Below are positions 38,367-51,109 of a stretch of DNA of 64,000 bases, in pieces. A program made the translations under genes and the position numbers. The stretch spans positions 92,132,001 to 92,196,000 of the forward strand of contig CM059436.1 in NCBI GenBank assembly GCA_030390025.1, read 5' to 3'. Source of the stretch: Squalus acanthias. Lineage: Eukaryota. Within the stretch, counting starts at the first letter, position 1. Each line of letters opens with the position of its first letter. The notes under the pieces were generated by a model. The model did not search any database. It had not been told where the DNA came from and saw nothing but the letters and a program-made list of their open reading frames with translations.

Positions 38367-38604
38367 TGTTGAGGCTGCCGCGAAACACGAATTAAGGCTG
38401 AATCCATTTGTGTTAAACAAGAGACTTTTTAATCACAGCATGGCACAAAATGGCAGACTGAAAAGCTCCCAGAATTCTCTGGGTAAAACCTGAGGCCCCG
38501 CCCCCTTCTGCCTTAAAGGTAAGGTGCCTTAAAGGGAAGGTGCTGGAAATTTGTCCACAGACGGAAGAGTGGATTATGCCCGTTTTAGGTGGCGATCCGC
38601 CACA
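38367..38604 (-). repeat. 5' LTR (238 bp)
   Basis: Direct repeat of 34302-34523, differing by a 16-bp internal duplication (ccttaaaggg/taaggtg unit) and about 2 substitutions. Confidence 0.95.
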
Positions 38605-40360
38605 CCATGTTCATTAACCACTCGCCGCTTTTAACTATTAAACAAAATAGTGGAAGTCATAACTTCTCTTCCAGGGATATTATAACCGGAGTTGGGGGTG
38701 GGGAAATCCACGAGTTAGTCCGGCATTGCGTGGGCTGAGGTACTGTGAGCTTTCCTTTCAATCCTTTTCTTTCCCCTTGTGCGGAGCCACCCTGTGTCGG
38801 TTGGAAGCCGCTCGCGCATTTGAAAAGAATGTGGTCAATGGGGAGAATGCGCAAAAGGTTTGGGGAGGAAGAAAGAGGGGGGGGCTGCCTATGTTACTAA
38901 AGGATTTATGGCGATGAGGAAGGTGGGAAAAGTCGCTCAATGCCCTGTTTATTTCTCCATTTCTCTCATGTGCCATCCGCCTCCACCATTACTGGTGCTG
39001 TTAATTCAAGTCACTGGCTTTCATCACCGTATTGGGGTTTGGTATCAAAGTAAGAGGGAAGGTCTGCTTCCGAAATGGAGGACGTGGACCTGGACTTTTA
39101 GTTCAGTCCGACCGAGTGTGCACAAAATGAGCCTGTAGTGAGCACTGCGCTTGTTGCTCCTGGTTCATTTCCTGTTAAGCAAATGGTTGATGGGGTGAAG
39201 CAGACCTTGGGCAGCAAATGGGCACATAATGTAAATTTAGGATAAAAACAGGTCGTCAGACACGAAATGTTAATTGTTTCTCTGTCTCCGCAGATGCTGG
39301 CCTGACCTGCTGAGCATTTCCAGCATTTTTTGCCTTTATTTCAGATTTCCAGCATCCGCAGTATTTTGCTTATGTAAATTTAGGACTTAATAAATACTTC
39401 TTTACGTAAGGTAGAGTTATTAATAACTAATAGTTATACAGTAAAAATACTTGTGTGACGGGGTGTCCGTGGAATTTTTATAACACAGGAGGGGGACCTC
39501 GGAAGCAAAGAACACCTGACTTAGACTATAACTACTAGACAGACCTATTGATCAGTAAGCGATTTAACAGTATTAAATACAAACAGTAGATTTACAGTAA
39601 TTGCACACTTTGCTATTTGAACAAACTTGCATTTAAATAGCACCTTTCACGACCTCAGGATGTCCCAAAGCACTTTACATCCAATGAAGTACTTTTTGAA
39701 GTGTAATCACTGTTGTAATATTGGAAATATGCAGCCAATTTGTGCACAGCAAGGTCCCACAAACAGCAATGAAATAAATAAATGATCAGATCATCTGTTT
39801 TATGTTTTAGTTGAGAGATAAACATGGCCAGGGCACTGAGAGAACTCCCCTGCTCTTCTTTGAATAGTGCCATAGGATGTTTTACATCGACCTGAGAGGG
39901 CAGACAAAGCCTCGGTTTGATGTCTCATCCGAAAGACGGATTTTCCTTGGATTATTGAAAACAAAGCTGCATTAACACTCAATATAAACCTGACCCTTGT
40001 ATCCCAGTTTATGTATTATGTGGCTGTTTGCTACCAGGTAGTCTCTGGCCTGCTATGTCACTGTCAGCAACTGAATGAGAGCTGACTGGGGAAAAGCTAA
40101 GCTCAGATATATCATTCAAAATCCTTTTTAAAGATATACTGAAACAAAAGAATTTACAAAATGTACCTCTCTTAACTATATTATCTGATCAGCTATTTAC
40201 AGGATTCAAAATTGTGATTTCCCACACAATTAAGGTGTCACTTACAATAGGATTGAAAGAGATGTGTCAGGCAGTCTGTTTCTGCCCAAGTGTCAAGCTG
40301 ATCAAATTTAATACAGTGACACCTAAGCAGATAAGTGTCAAGAAATGCTTCTTAGAAATA

Positions 40361-40510
40361 ATGCGGAGATGCCGGTGTTGGACTGGGGTGGACAAAAATG
40401 AGAAGTCGCACAACACCAGGTTATAGTCCAACAGTTTTATTTGAAATCACAAGCTTTCGGATTTCAAATAAAACTGTTGGACTATAACCTGGTGTTGTGC
40501 GACTTCTCAT
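40361..40510 (-). mobile_element. Short Penelope-like terminus, same family (50-bp inverted arms)
   Basis: Arms 40398-40447 and 40461-40510, with the same tail in reverse; TSD CTTAGAAATA(ATG) at 40351 and 40511. Confidence 0.85.
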
Positions 40511-42079
40511 CTTAGAAATAATGTCTTTGAAGTGTCCTTTTACATACCAGACTGTAATGTATATTCTCATCAGATTGAGGAAGCACGTAGCAGTATCTAA
40601 CACATAAAGTGACTGCCAAACCCCTGTGCAAAGATATTAAAATACATAGAGACTTTCTTATTAGAAATGTGACCAAAACTTCCTATTCATCACAGCTTGT
40701 CTGAAACCATCCTGTTGAGCACGCCCCCCGCCCACCTCACTCCCCCACCAACCAGAAACGTCACGCATTAGATTTCATCTCCTTTTCCTGCTGTTTACTC
40801 AGCTTGAGCTTGATGGTGCACAATCTCAGAGTCTGGTTTGATTGAGTTAAGTTTCAAACTGCACGTCGAATTAATCATCAAAAGTGCCTATTTCTACCTC
40901 TGCGACATCACTGCCACCGAAACCCTCATCCATGCTTTTGTTACGTTCAGTCTTGACCTCCTAAACTCTCGTTGCAGGTTTCCACCCAAGGCAAACTCCA
41001 ACTCATCCTATCTTGTTCTAAGTCCTGCAAGACCTTTCATCCACGGTCCTTGCCAACCTCCACTGGCTTCCCATCCTAGACACTGACTGCAGATCCTCAA
41101 CCTTGTTTACAAATACGTCAAAGGCCTTACTCCATCCTACCTCTTAGCAGGCGTTGAGGTTGAATGCCTGGAAGTTTTACTTTTCCCGCAGGGTGATCTA
41201 CCCTGTGGAACTGGATTCTGGAGGCGGTGATGGAGACTGAATATCATCGAGATGGGTTAGATAGATTTCTTGGAAACAAGGTGATCACAACATATGGAGG
41301 GCATATTATTTCTGGATAGTAACTTGTGCCCTAGGGGCCTGATGGGACCTACCTGCTTGCCTAGGAGAGGACGGAGAGCACTTCTGATTGGTTCAAGGTT
41401 TCCCAGGAGGTGTGAGGGGAGGGGGGGGGGGGGGGGGAGGGGAGATGTTTGGTGAATAGAGATCAAATCAGTTGATGGATAGAGGTGAGCATGTGTGGGC
41501 CTGAAGGCCTTTTTTCATCCTAGATACGCAAGTGTAAACCTCTGGAACCTCCTCCAGTCCTATGTTCTAGCTTGCAACTTCTGGTCTTCTATCAATGATG
41601 CTAAATGCATTCCTTCCCCCCCTCCCAATCCACCCCACATCGTTCAACATCAATTGGTCATGGTTTGCGTCATCATGACGCTAAGCACTAGATTTCCTCC
41701 CTCAATCATTCTGTCTTGTCACATCATTCCCCAAATTCAAAAGCTTTGTCAATACTTGCCTCCTCGTCCATACTTTAGTTACCTCCCCAATCCTCCTCCC
41801 AAACTGTATCCAATCCCTCCTTTGTAAAGCACCATGAGAAGTTTCACTATTTAAAGGCACCATGTAACTGCAAGCAGTTGTTTTCTATTTTTCTTAGCCA
41901 TTATTGAGGCCACAATCAGAATGTTTGAGATTGTGCGTCACACTACTAAATATGAAAATAAATGACATTATGTGGCTGGGGAAGTAGATTACCTGGAAAT
42001 ACACCATATTTTATTGACAACAATGCAAAATATTACACTTGTTCAGGGCATAAAGCAGGTAAGAGACCATAAAGCTTTC

Positions 42080-42335
42080 AGTTCAGTAATGTCCTTTAGG
42101 GAAGGAAACCTGCCATCCTTACCTGGTCTGCTTCATAAGTGATTCAAGTCCCACACTGATGTAGTTGACTCTTAACTGCCCTCTGAAGTGGCCTCACAAG
42201 CCACACAGTTGTATAAACCCACTACAAAGAGCGCAGTTCAAGAAGAACACCCACTACCACCGCAGGGAAACTAGGGATGGACAATAAATGCCGGCCTTGC
42301 CAGTGACACCCACATCCAGAGACTGAATTTAAAAA
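42080..42335 (+). mobile_element. Bipartite SINE-like derivative (partial, older)
   Basis: gtcctttagggaaggaaa…ctcttaactgccctctgaa…aataaatgccggccttgccag, same family. Confidence 0.7.
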
Positions 42336-43620
42336 TCTGTGGCACCTTAAAACACGTAAAAAGTTAATCAACTTGGTCGTACAGAGGCTGTCAAACACTC
42401 AAGTAACATTAGCCGCAGACTACTCATGTATTTGTATTGACTTAGTAGTATTGGTATCCTCCTTCTTCTAATCATAATAGCCAGCCATTAAAACCTTTGC
42501 ACCAGTTGACATCAGCTAAATCACCTTCAATTCCTAAATTCAGGCCCCCATATGAAATGAAATGCTGTGCACAAATCAACACCATTCCCATCATTTAAGA
42601 TGATTTAAACAAGATTAAAGTGCAGTGGATGAAAGTCAATTAGCACACTGTCATTTAATTTCTGGCTCAACTAGCATCATAGTATGGATGTTTCTTCTCT
42701 CCATTGGCTGCCTCAACCAGTTCCTGATCAGAGAGAGTTCACAGCACAGAACTCCTCAGAGTTTACCAATATCACCCAGTGAAGCCGGACAACAAAAAAA
42801 AGGCTGATGTGGGAAATAAATACTTTAGACTGGTACAGGAGCACTTCCGAGGTTGGAGCAAAGCACAGCAAGCATTTACTTTGCATCTCACCTGTGCTGT
42901 TCCCAACTTGGCAATGTCTGATACTGATGCTACATAGTCAAAGTCAAAAAGTCTTCCATTCTCCCTCACAAGGCTAAGCACAAAGATTCACCATCAAGAA
43001 TTTTGTTAAAAACACACAAGGGGAAAGTGCTTTGCATTATAAACATTTATCCATACTGCATCATTTCCCTTTAAAAGGCGACAGGTCATGATCTAATCTT
43101 AAATCAACCTAACTCTGCAGATCTATAATTTAGAATCTGGGATGTTCTCAAATGGCATATAGTTGTTAGTTTTAACCACTGAAATGCACAAGACTTGAAT
43201 TTCCCCCATCTACAGAAATGCCCAAGGATCAGACTAAGAAATTACAATGAAAATTAAGCTTCAAAATACAACGGGCTTAATTTAATTATAAAAACCTCCT
43301 TATTAAAAAAACCCTAAAGTTCAGCCCAAAATACAGTAGGGGTAAAAGCTATTACACCATTAACTCCTAGCTCATAAATCAGTCGCACGCCAAGATGTCC
43401 AGCGACAAGATGGCATGTTGTGACACTCGGGGCCTTCCGCAGCCGGTGGGCATGACAGGGCATAGTGGGTCCAATTGTCATAAATAATATTATGATTTAG
43501 CATCACGTTCTTTTAAGTTTAATTAGACCTTTTGTTTAAATTATATTAGTGCTGCCTCTTCAGACGAGCGTGGCACTTGTAGTGCTGGTTTTCTGTTAGT
43601 GACACTGGGGCAAACCTAAT

Positions 43621-44339
43621 GGCCCGTAATTTGTGGTCAGTGGTGAAGCAAAGGCGCTCGCTGCGGACCTCGAAGAAAGCCGCCCACAGATATCTCGCCA
43701 TCTCTGTGACAAAAACTTGAAGATTCTCAACGTGCAATTGATTGAACGCCGTGAATAGGGGATCCCAGTGCGATGTAGCGATGACATCATCAAGCTATCT
43801 AAGCAGCCAATCACATTGAGAATTCTCACAGACAGCAAACCAGGAAATCAAAAGCAGCTTTTATCCTCACTTTTTAAAAATGTTAGAGAGTGAAATAAAG
43901 ATTGGGAGTTTCACATGGTGATAAGGTAGAAGCTGAAATATCATGAACAACTTTAAAATTAATATTTTTAAAAATGAATTGTAATTTTTATCATAATGGA
44001 AAAATTTGACATTCTACAAATATAAAAATTAGTTTTTCAGGGTTGTTTAGCAGTCAATACACTATTAAACCCCAGTTACACCTATTCCAACAAACGGGGT
44101 ATTTAACAGCAATATTAGCACAGAAAAAGCTCGTTTTCATCAGTTCCACTGATTGCCGGCTATGGGGGCGGGGGTCCACAGCGCAACCTCTGTTGCAGCG
44201 GCGAATAACTGACCACAACTTCAGGATCTCCACGTTTAGATGCGCATGCACCAAGTCCTGAAGTTGCGCTCAGTTTCAGAGGGGCAATGATGGTGAACTC
44301 TGACAGTTCGCCGTCATGACCCACCGCAAAATCCAGGCC
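43621..44339. mobile_element. PIF/Harbinger-like non-autonomous element (older)
   Basis: Imperfect GGCC… TIRs, TSD AAT and an internal hairpin around TGCGCATGCA. Confidence 0.55.
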
Positions 44340-44489
44340 AATGGCACCCTCATTGGTTTAGTAGAAGTAGGCATATTCTGCAATCCCCCCTCTCCTCTGC
44401 CCTCAGGAGGTGCTGGTCAGCCCAGACCACTGACCAGGGACCCTTCCCAGTGCACAGACCTCGTTGACTTCCACCAAATCCGGGTTGGG

Positions 44490-44936
44490 GGAAATAGGAA
44501 AGGTGTCAGCGCGCAGGCGCACTCCTCCACCTCACCGGTTGGGCTCGCGGCGAGGGAGGCCGTTTGAAAGGAGGGGTGGGCATCAGCTCGAGCCAGAGGG
44601 GAAAGAAAATCAAACCGTGAATCTGGAGAGGAGGTGGGGAAAGGGAGAAGCAACAAGCATTAATTACACATTCAAATAAAAAGTAAATCACACAACCACA
44701 TGTACCTCTTCTGGGAACACTGGAGAGACATTGCTCGTTGTTTATATATTACAGTGACGCCGCCCTCCGGGGGAAGTGACATCGCCGCGCTCGCCTTCCC
44801 GGCGTCCTGATTGGTCCAAAGCGGAGGACGCCGCGGCTCCTAATTGGTGGGTTTTGGCGGGCCCTTTGGGCGTCCGTTTAATGGTGGCCGGCAGCCGATT
44901 AAAGGCCGTTTGTTTGTGGTGTTACTGTTGGCCGTA
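44490..44936 (+). promoter_or_regulatory. GINS1 CpG-island cell-cycle promoter (2x inverted CCAAT, E2F site)
   Basis: CpG-rich. ATTGG at 44810-44814 and 44843-44847 (33-bp spacing, typical of NF-Y cell-cycle promoters), E2F-like TTTTGGCGGG at 44852-44861, NRF1-like GCGCAGGCGC near 44511 and ETS-like GGAAGTG near 44772. Confidence 0.7.
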
Positions 44937-45011
44937 ATGTTTTGTGAAAAAGCCATAGAGCTGATCCGGGAGCTGCAGAGAGCTGCGGACGGACAGTTGC
45001 CCGCTTTTAAT
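44937..45011 (+). CDS. GINS1: GINS complex subunit 1 (PSF1) coding exon 1
   Basis: [25 protein letters not shown] followed by a GTGAGT donor; matches the GINS1 N-terminus (75 bp). Confidence 0.97.
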
Positions 45012-46574
45012 GTGAGTACCGCAGTATGTTCGAGATAGTTTTGCTAACAGGCGCTCAATCTTATTGTTTAGGTACAATGGCAACAAAAAGGACGCGGCCA
45101 GTGACCACGTGTTGTGAATAAGAACAAGGTTTCTAATCCTAATTACCCCACCCGCTAAACCCTAATGCTAAATGGCGCGATGTCAGCACTTTGTGAAATT
45201 ATCGTTGTACTCCCCCCGCCTTGGTTGCAATCAGTCTCATTGGTATCAGCACGGCGTTAGCACCTGACATCTTGGACAACAATGCACAGCTGTTCGGCTC
45301 ACCTTCCCATCATTGCTACCACAACTTAGGATTCTTTGGAGAAGTTTGGAGGCTGATCCGCAGGTGGCCATGATAAGAAAGACTTGCATTTTTACAACGC
45401 TTTTCATTACCTCAGGACGCCCCAAAGTGCTTCACAGCCAATGAAGTACTTTTTGAAGTGTAGTCACTGTTGTCATGTAGGAAATGCGGCACAACAAGCT
45501 CCCACAAATAGTATTGTGATAATTACCAGGTAATCTGTGGGATAAATGTTGGCTAGGACACCAGGGAGAAATCACCAGCTGTTTGAAATAGTGCCGTGGG
45601 ATCTTTTACATCCACCTGAGAGCAGACCTGGGCCTCAGTTTAACGTCTCCACCGAAAGACTGCACCTCCCACAGTGCAGCACTGCACTGGAGTGTCAGCC
45701 TAGATTTTTGTGTTCAAGTGTCTGGAGTGGGACTTGAACCCACAAGTGAAGGTGCTTTTACACAGCTGGTTTTCCACAGTACCTGTCAGGGGAAACAATG
45801 TCCCACTTTCTTTCAGTTAGGTGCTGGTCTTACTGGGGTATCTCTTCCCAGATATCTGCACACTTTGTAGTATGGAGTGTAGCTGATGGCGGGAGATCTG
45901 TATATCCATTTGGCTGCACTCGTGGGCTATGTTTTGTAGATGGTACCAAATTAGCAGAGGCATTTGATTGTGAGGAGGAAGCTTGGGAAATGTAAGTGTA
46001 AAGTCATGGATAGAGCTGCTATCGGTATCATTTTGTATTAATTTTGATTTGAAAAAACAAAATTCAGTGTATTCAGAACAGTGGATCTCACATTGGAGTA
46101 ATGGGATTGAGAGTGAAATGACTGGGTTTCTGACACCATCAGATTGCACCAATAATCTAAGGGGGGAGTCCAGGGCCGGCAGAGCAATGCTTTCTCACCA
46201 AGGAAGGGAACATTCAGCCTCGGTCTAACGTTTCATCCAGAAAACAGCACTCCCGAAATGCAGAGCTCCCTCAATACTGCACTGCACACAATATAAGATA
46301 GTCACTAATAAATCCAAAAGGGAATTCAGGAGAAACTTCTTTATCCAGAGTGGTTAGAATGTGGAACTCGCTACCACAGGGAGTAGTTGAGGCGAATAGC
46401 ATAGATGCACTCGAGGGGAAGCTGGATAAGCACGTGAGGGAGAAGGGAATAGATGGATATATTGATGGGGTAAGATGACGAGGGTGGGAGGAGGCTCGTG
46501 TGGAGCATAAACACCAGCATGGACCTGTTGGGCAGAATGGCCTGTTTCTGTGCTGTTAATACTTTATACTATCT

Positions 46575-47990
46575 TCAAATCTGTGGGAACCGTTAAGAAT
46601 CTATGGAATTTGGAAGATGACAACCAATGCATCCATTATCTCTATAGCCACCTCTTTTTTAAAACCCTAGGATGTAAGGCCATCAGGCCCTGGGGATTTA
46701 TTGGCTTTCAGTCCCATTAATTTCTCCAGTACTATTTCCTTACTAATACTAATTTCTTTCAGTTCCTCATTCTCACTAGACCCTTGATTCTCCACTATTT
46801 CCGGAATGTTTTTGTGTCTTCCGTGAAGACCGACAGACACGAAGTATTTGTTTAATTTCTCTGCTATTTCCTTATCCCCATTATAATTTCTCCTGTCTCA
46901 GCCTGTAAGGGACCCATGTTTACTTTCGCTAATCTTTTCCTTTTTACCATGATTACTGTATTACCCCTGTTACATGCATCTCTAATTTCCTGATTTATAC
47001 TCTGCCTGACACTACAACTACTGTTAGGGGGCCTATAAACTACTCCCACTAGTGTTTTCTGCTCTTTGTTGTTTTTACGCTCCACCTCAACTGATTCTAC
47101 ATTTTGTTTTTCTGAGCCAAGATCCTTTCTCTCTCCTGTCTTTATCCCATCCTTTATTATCAGGGCAACCCCCCTCACCCCCTCCTTTTCCATTCTGCCT
47201 GTCTCTCTTCTAAAAGTCAAATATCCTGGAATATTTAGTTCCCAACCTTGGTCACTCTTAAACCACGTCTCTGTAATGGCTATTAAATCAAACCCATTTA
47301 TTTCTATCTGTGCTATTAATTCATCTATTTTGTTGCGACTGCTTCATGCATTCAGATATACTACCATTAGCTTTAACTTTTTTCAAATTTTTCGTGATGT
47401 TACTTTAGTCACTGGTGCCCTATTACCTTTATCAATCTCTCTGTCCCTTCCTGACCCATTCTGCTTATCTTTACCCAGATCACTACTCTGCGCTACAGCC
47501 TTGACATTTGTCTTACTGCTTTTGAATTTACCCTTTTCTGAATCCAATCCTCCCCCCACTTCATTAGTTTAAAGCCCTATCTACCACCCTAGTTATTCGA
47601 TTCGCCAGGACACTGGTCCCAGCCTGGTTTAAGTGGAGCCCGTCCCAACTGAACAACTTTCCCCAGTACTGATGCCAGTGTCCCATGAATCGAAACCCCT
47701 TCCTCCCGCCACTCTTTGAGCCATGCATTTAACTCTCTGATCTGTCTGGCCCTATTCCAATTTGCACGTGGCTCAGGTAACAATCCAGAGATTATTAACT
47801 TTGAGGTTCTGCTTTTTAATTTGGCCCCGAGCTGCTCAAACTCCCTCAGCAGAACCTCATTCCTAGTTCTACCTATGTCGTTGGTTCCTACATGGACCAT
47901 GACCACTGGATCCTCCCACTCCAACTTTTTCTCCAGCCGTGACGAGATATCCTTAACCCTGGCACCGGCAGGCAACACAACCTTCGGAAC
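46575..47990 (-). mobile_element. CR1 5' fragments: ORF1 SGNH-esterase and ORF2 endonuclease
   Basis: LPAGARVKDI…VHVGTNDIG…IISGLLPEP (esterase) and GVALIIKD…VGVVYRPPNS (EN). A plus-strand CR1 3' tail lies at ~46290-46560. Confidence 0.85.
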
Positions 47991-50879
47991 TCCCGATTGC
48001 AGCTCCCGACCGCCTGCATCTTAGCTTGGAGCTCTGATACATCAGTGCTGGGCGTACACCTTGCAGTCTCTTGTTTAAAACTTGACTGCCCCCCAAACCT
48101 GGTTTTATTTTCTTGCTGTTTGTAAATTCTGATGCCTAAAAGTAGAAGGGGAAAAGGAGCAGGCGTCCACATGAATAGAATCTTCCTCACCACATTGGAT
48201 GTGAATAATTGTTGGCCGCTTGAGACAGGATAACCAATTGCTTAACTTACCATTGATCCTGGCTGATAGGCTTGGGATCAGACAATAGACCCTCATTGTA
48301 GCAACTTGAAAAAGATTTAGCTGTGACATCCCACAAACTAGCTTGTCTTGCTTTAATGTACCTCTTCAATGCCTGCAGTCTTCTGCCTTTTTAAAATAAA
48401 AAATCATTTGCAAATTCACTGTTTTAAAACACGATGCTTCAATTTCCATGATGGGGAAAAAAATTACAAAAATTCTGAAACATAAAACAAAGAAAGTCAT
48501 GCTCAAACTGTATTGTGCTTTGCTCAGACCACAGCTTAAATACTGTGTCCAGCTGTTGTCACCTAGATGCAAGGGACACATTGAAGTATGGGAGAAATTT
48601 CTGAGAAGAGCCTCAAGGTTGTACCCTAGTATCAAAGGACTGACGTATGAGGAAAGACAGGAGAAATTTGGGCTTTTCAGCCTTGAAGAGAAGTAACCTT
48701 TCAGAAATATCTATCTGCGTATCTTACTTAATATTTTGCATCTTTGCACAGTCACTGTCTACAAAACTTTACTTCCTGTTGTCAGGTTTTTGCCATTTTT
48801 GTTAACTTTTTTTCCATTATAAATTTCTATGTTCACAGTTATAATGGAAACTGCTGACATAAACGTGTCTTTCTAATTACAACCTTCCGCCAGTGGTGAC
48901 GCTGTGGCGCCGCAGATTTGGATCTCTCCGCTCCTCCGCCTGTACTGCAGAGAAACTCCTATCGTCCAACCAGTTCTACCAGTTCTATTTCTCTGCTTCC
49001 CAAACTTCCCTAAGTTTTGGCCTTGACTCCAGGTGTGCAGTGCCACAGGAGATTGATTAGTAAGATAGTAAATGGTATGGCAAAGGTAGATCCATAAAAT
49101 TACTTCTAACTAAATTGAGACAGTAGAACAAGAGTACACATTCAAACTAGTTAAAGGTATACTTTGGACTGATGTTGGGAAGTTAGTCACACAGCGATTC
49201 ATATGATCAGTACTGACGAGGAGGGCCATTTGGCATATTTTAGTTTATTCAGACAGAAAGATGAAGTCACCCCCACTGCAATATTCAACAGTTTGTTAAA
49301 TGATTCCAGGGTTTTTACCTCTAATACTATATCTGGAAGTCCATTCCATGTATTGATCACTCTGAGAAGAACTTCCTGATATCAGTCCTAAATTTGCCAT
49401 TTACTAGTTTGAACTTGTTTTGCCTTTTCCTACTCTTGCAAATTAATTTTAAGTAACATTCTGGTCTTGCCTTTTAAAAACTAGTATGTATCTTGGGTAT
49501 ATACCGCCTATAAAATATCTCTTGGATGCCTACTCTGAAAGGCACTCTGGAAATTTTTTTTTAATCTCCAGTCATTCCTCATAGCTCAGAACACTTCCTC
49601 ATAGCTCAGAACCCTAACGGTGATAATCAGCCTTGTGACTCATTGCTGCACTCCAGCACTTGGAATGTCTCTCTTGTGCCTGTGACCAAAAGTGGACATA
49701 GTACTCAAAGTACGGTGTAATCGGTACTATACAGTTTGATCGTGACTTCCTCTGAAAAGAGTAGAATAATGTCAATGTTTTATTAGCTTTATTCATTGTT
49801 GTGCTGCACTGGCTGGATGTGTTGAGTCAGCAATCCGTGTTGAGTCAGCAATCCATGTTGAGTCATCGAGGCGTGGAATGGGCTTCCAATTAGAGTAGTT
49901 GAGGTGAAAACCATAGAATTATTTTAAAAACAATTGGATGCCACAGTGGTCTTTCTGGATGGATGAACTAACATGGGCTGAACGGTCCTTTTTCCTTCAA
50001 TAATTATCATGTGACTATAAAAGTGCCTGAAAGCATCACCTAGATACTGCACGGTATCGCATCTGCGGCGCCAAGTATTTTCATCCCATCAATATAGGCT
50101 AAATTTGAATCAGATTTGAGCTGAAAAGATTCTAACTCACTGTATTTTTCAATCACCCAAAATTAATCTCCTAACTATTAACCTGTTGGACAAGAATGAA
50201 AAAACCACTTGGCCCAGTGAAGCCTGTAGAGCTTTGATCTATTGAAATGTAAAGATAAAATGTTAGCTTTGAAGCTCTCCTTCCTCTGAAGAGTTATGAT
50301 CTCATTGCCATTTCTTGTATCAAAGTTTTAAATCTCTATCCAACCAATATTTTGATTAACACTTTGAAGTTTCAATGATTTATCAAAACTTGTTTGATAA
50401 AAATAATCATTCTAATTGGTCTGTTCAAGGTGTCCCACTCTCTTGAAGTCCACTCTCTCTATCATTTTATATTATTCACTGCTCACAATCTACCTGTTTT
50501 TAAGACTTCTTGCACTGAGGCAGAAACAGTGGGTTGAAAAAGCTATAAAACAAAATTTGAGCCCTAGGCTCTGGAATAAGGGCTTTTGAGATCCCTTAAA
50601 TCTGAGAACCATGCAATACAAGTTTAATTAACTCTAATAGATAATATCACTCTTGAAAGACAATTGATAATTTAATAAAAGTAGTTAATTACAAAGTAAA
50701 TGATGAAGGCCCATGGTGATTGAATTTTTCAGCTGCAGGATTGGGATTTTGGGATGTTCTAGCATTATGACCTTGGCGTTTATATTGGAACCTTTTCTGG
50801 TCTATTATTTTGTTTTATTCGGTATTTTTCTACAAAATGGACTGCTCTTGTGCTGAAGATTCTTCTTTTTTTTTAAAAA

Positions 50880-51085
50880 GCAAAAAAACTCCATCTGCTG
50901 GACATCTGAAACAGAAAAATGCTGGAAACATTCACCAGGGCATTCATCTGTGTAGATAACAGACAAGTTAACATTTTCTTCATTGGACTAGTTCTGATGA
51001 AGGGTCTACATCTGAAATGTTAACTTGTCTGTTCTCTTCGCAGATGAATGCCCTGATGAATGTTTCCAGCATTTACTGTTTTTGT
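50880..51085 (+). mobile_element. Older Penelope pLTR palindrome (family of 12258-13172)
   Basis: Imperfect ~68-bp inverted arms (~50909-50976 and ~51015-51081) around CTGATGA…GAAA; related fragments lie at ~39255-39372 and ~10495-10555. Confidence 0.7.
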
Positions 51086-51109
51086 ATTTAGTTTTTATGT
51101 TGCACTCTC

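Larger units (their letters stand above)
34302..38604 (-). mobile_element. Full-length Ty3/Gypsy LTR retrotransposon, CsRn1-like lineage
   Basis: TG…CA LTRs at 34302-34523 and 38367-38604 with a 4-bp TSD CCAT (34298-34301 and 38605-38608). PBS TGGTGACCCCGACG is complementary to the tRNA-Trp 3' end (38352-38365), and a PPT TCTGGGGGGAGCTG lies next to the 3' LTR. Domain order is gag-PR-RT-RH-IN. Confidence 0.96.
33857..39518. mobile_element. Degenerate hAT-type DNA transposon hosting nested insertions (MITE, Gypsy, Penelope fragment)
   Basis: Left terminus CAGAGGTTCTCAAC and right terminus …GAACACCTG, with an 8-bp imperfect TSD ATTTAGAC (33849-33856) / ACTTAGAC (39519-39526). Confidence 0.55.

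Noticed and set aside
48906-50073. 13-bp inverted match TGGCGCCGCAGAT / ATCTGCGGCGCCA about 1.1 kb apart
   Set aside because: Too short, with no TSD or extended TIR seen; may be a decayed DNA transposon but is unsupported.
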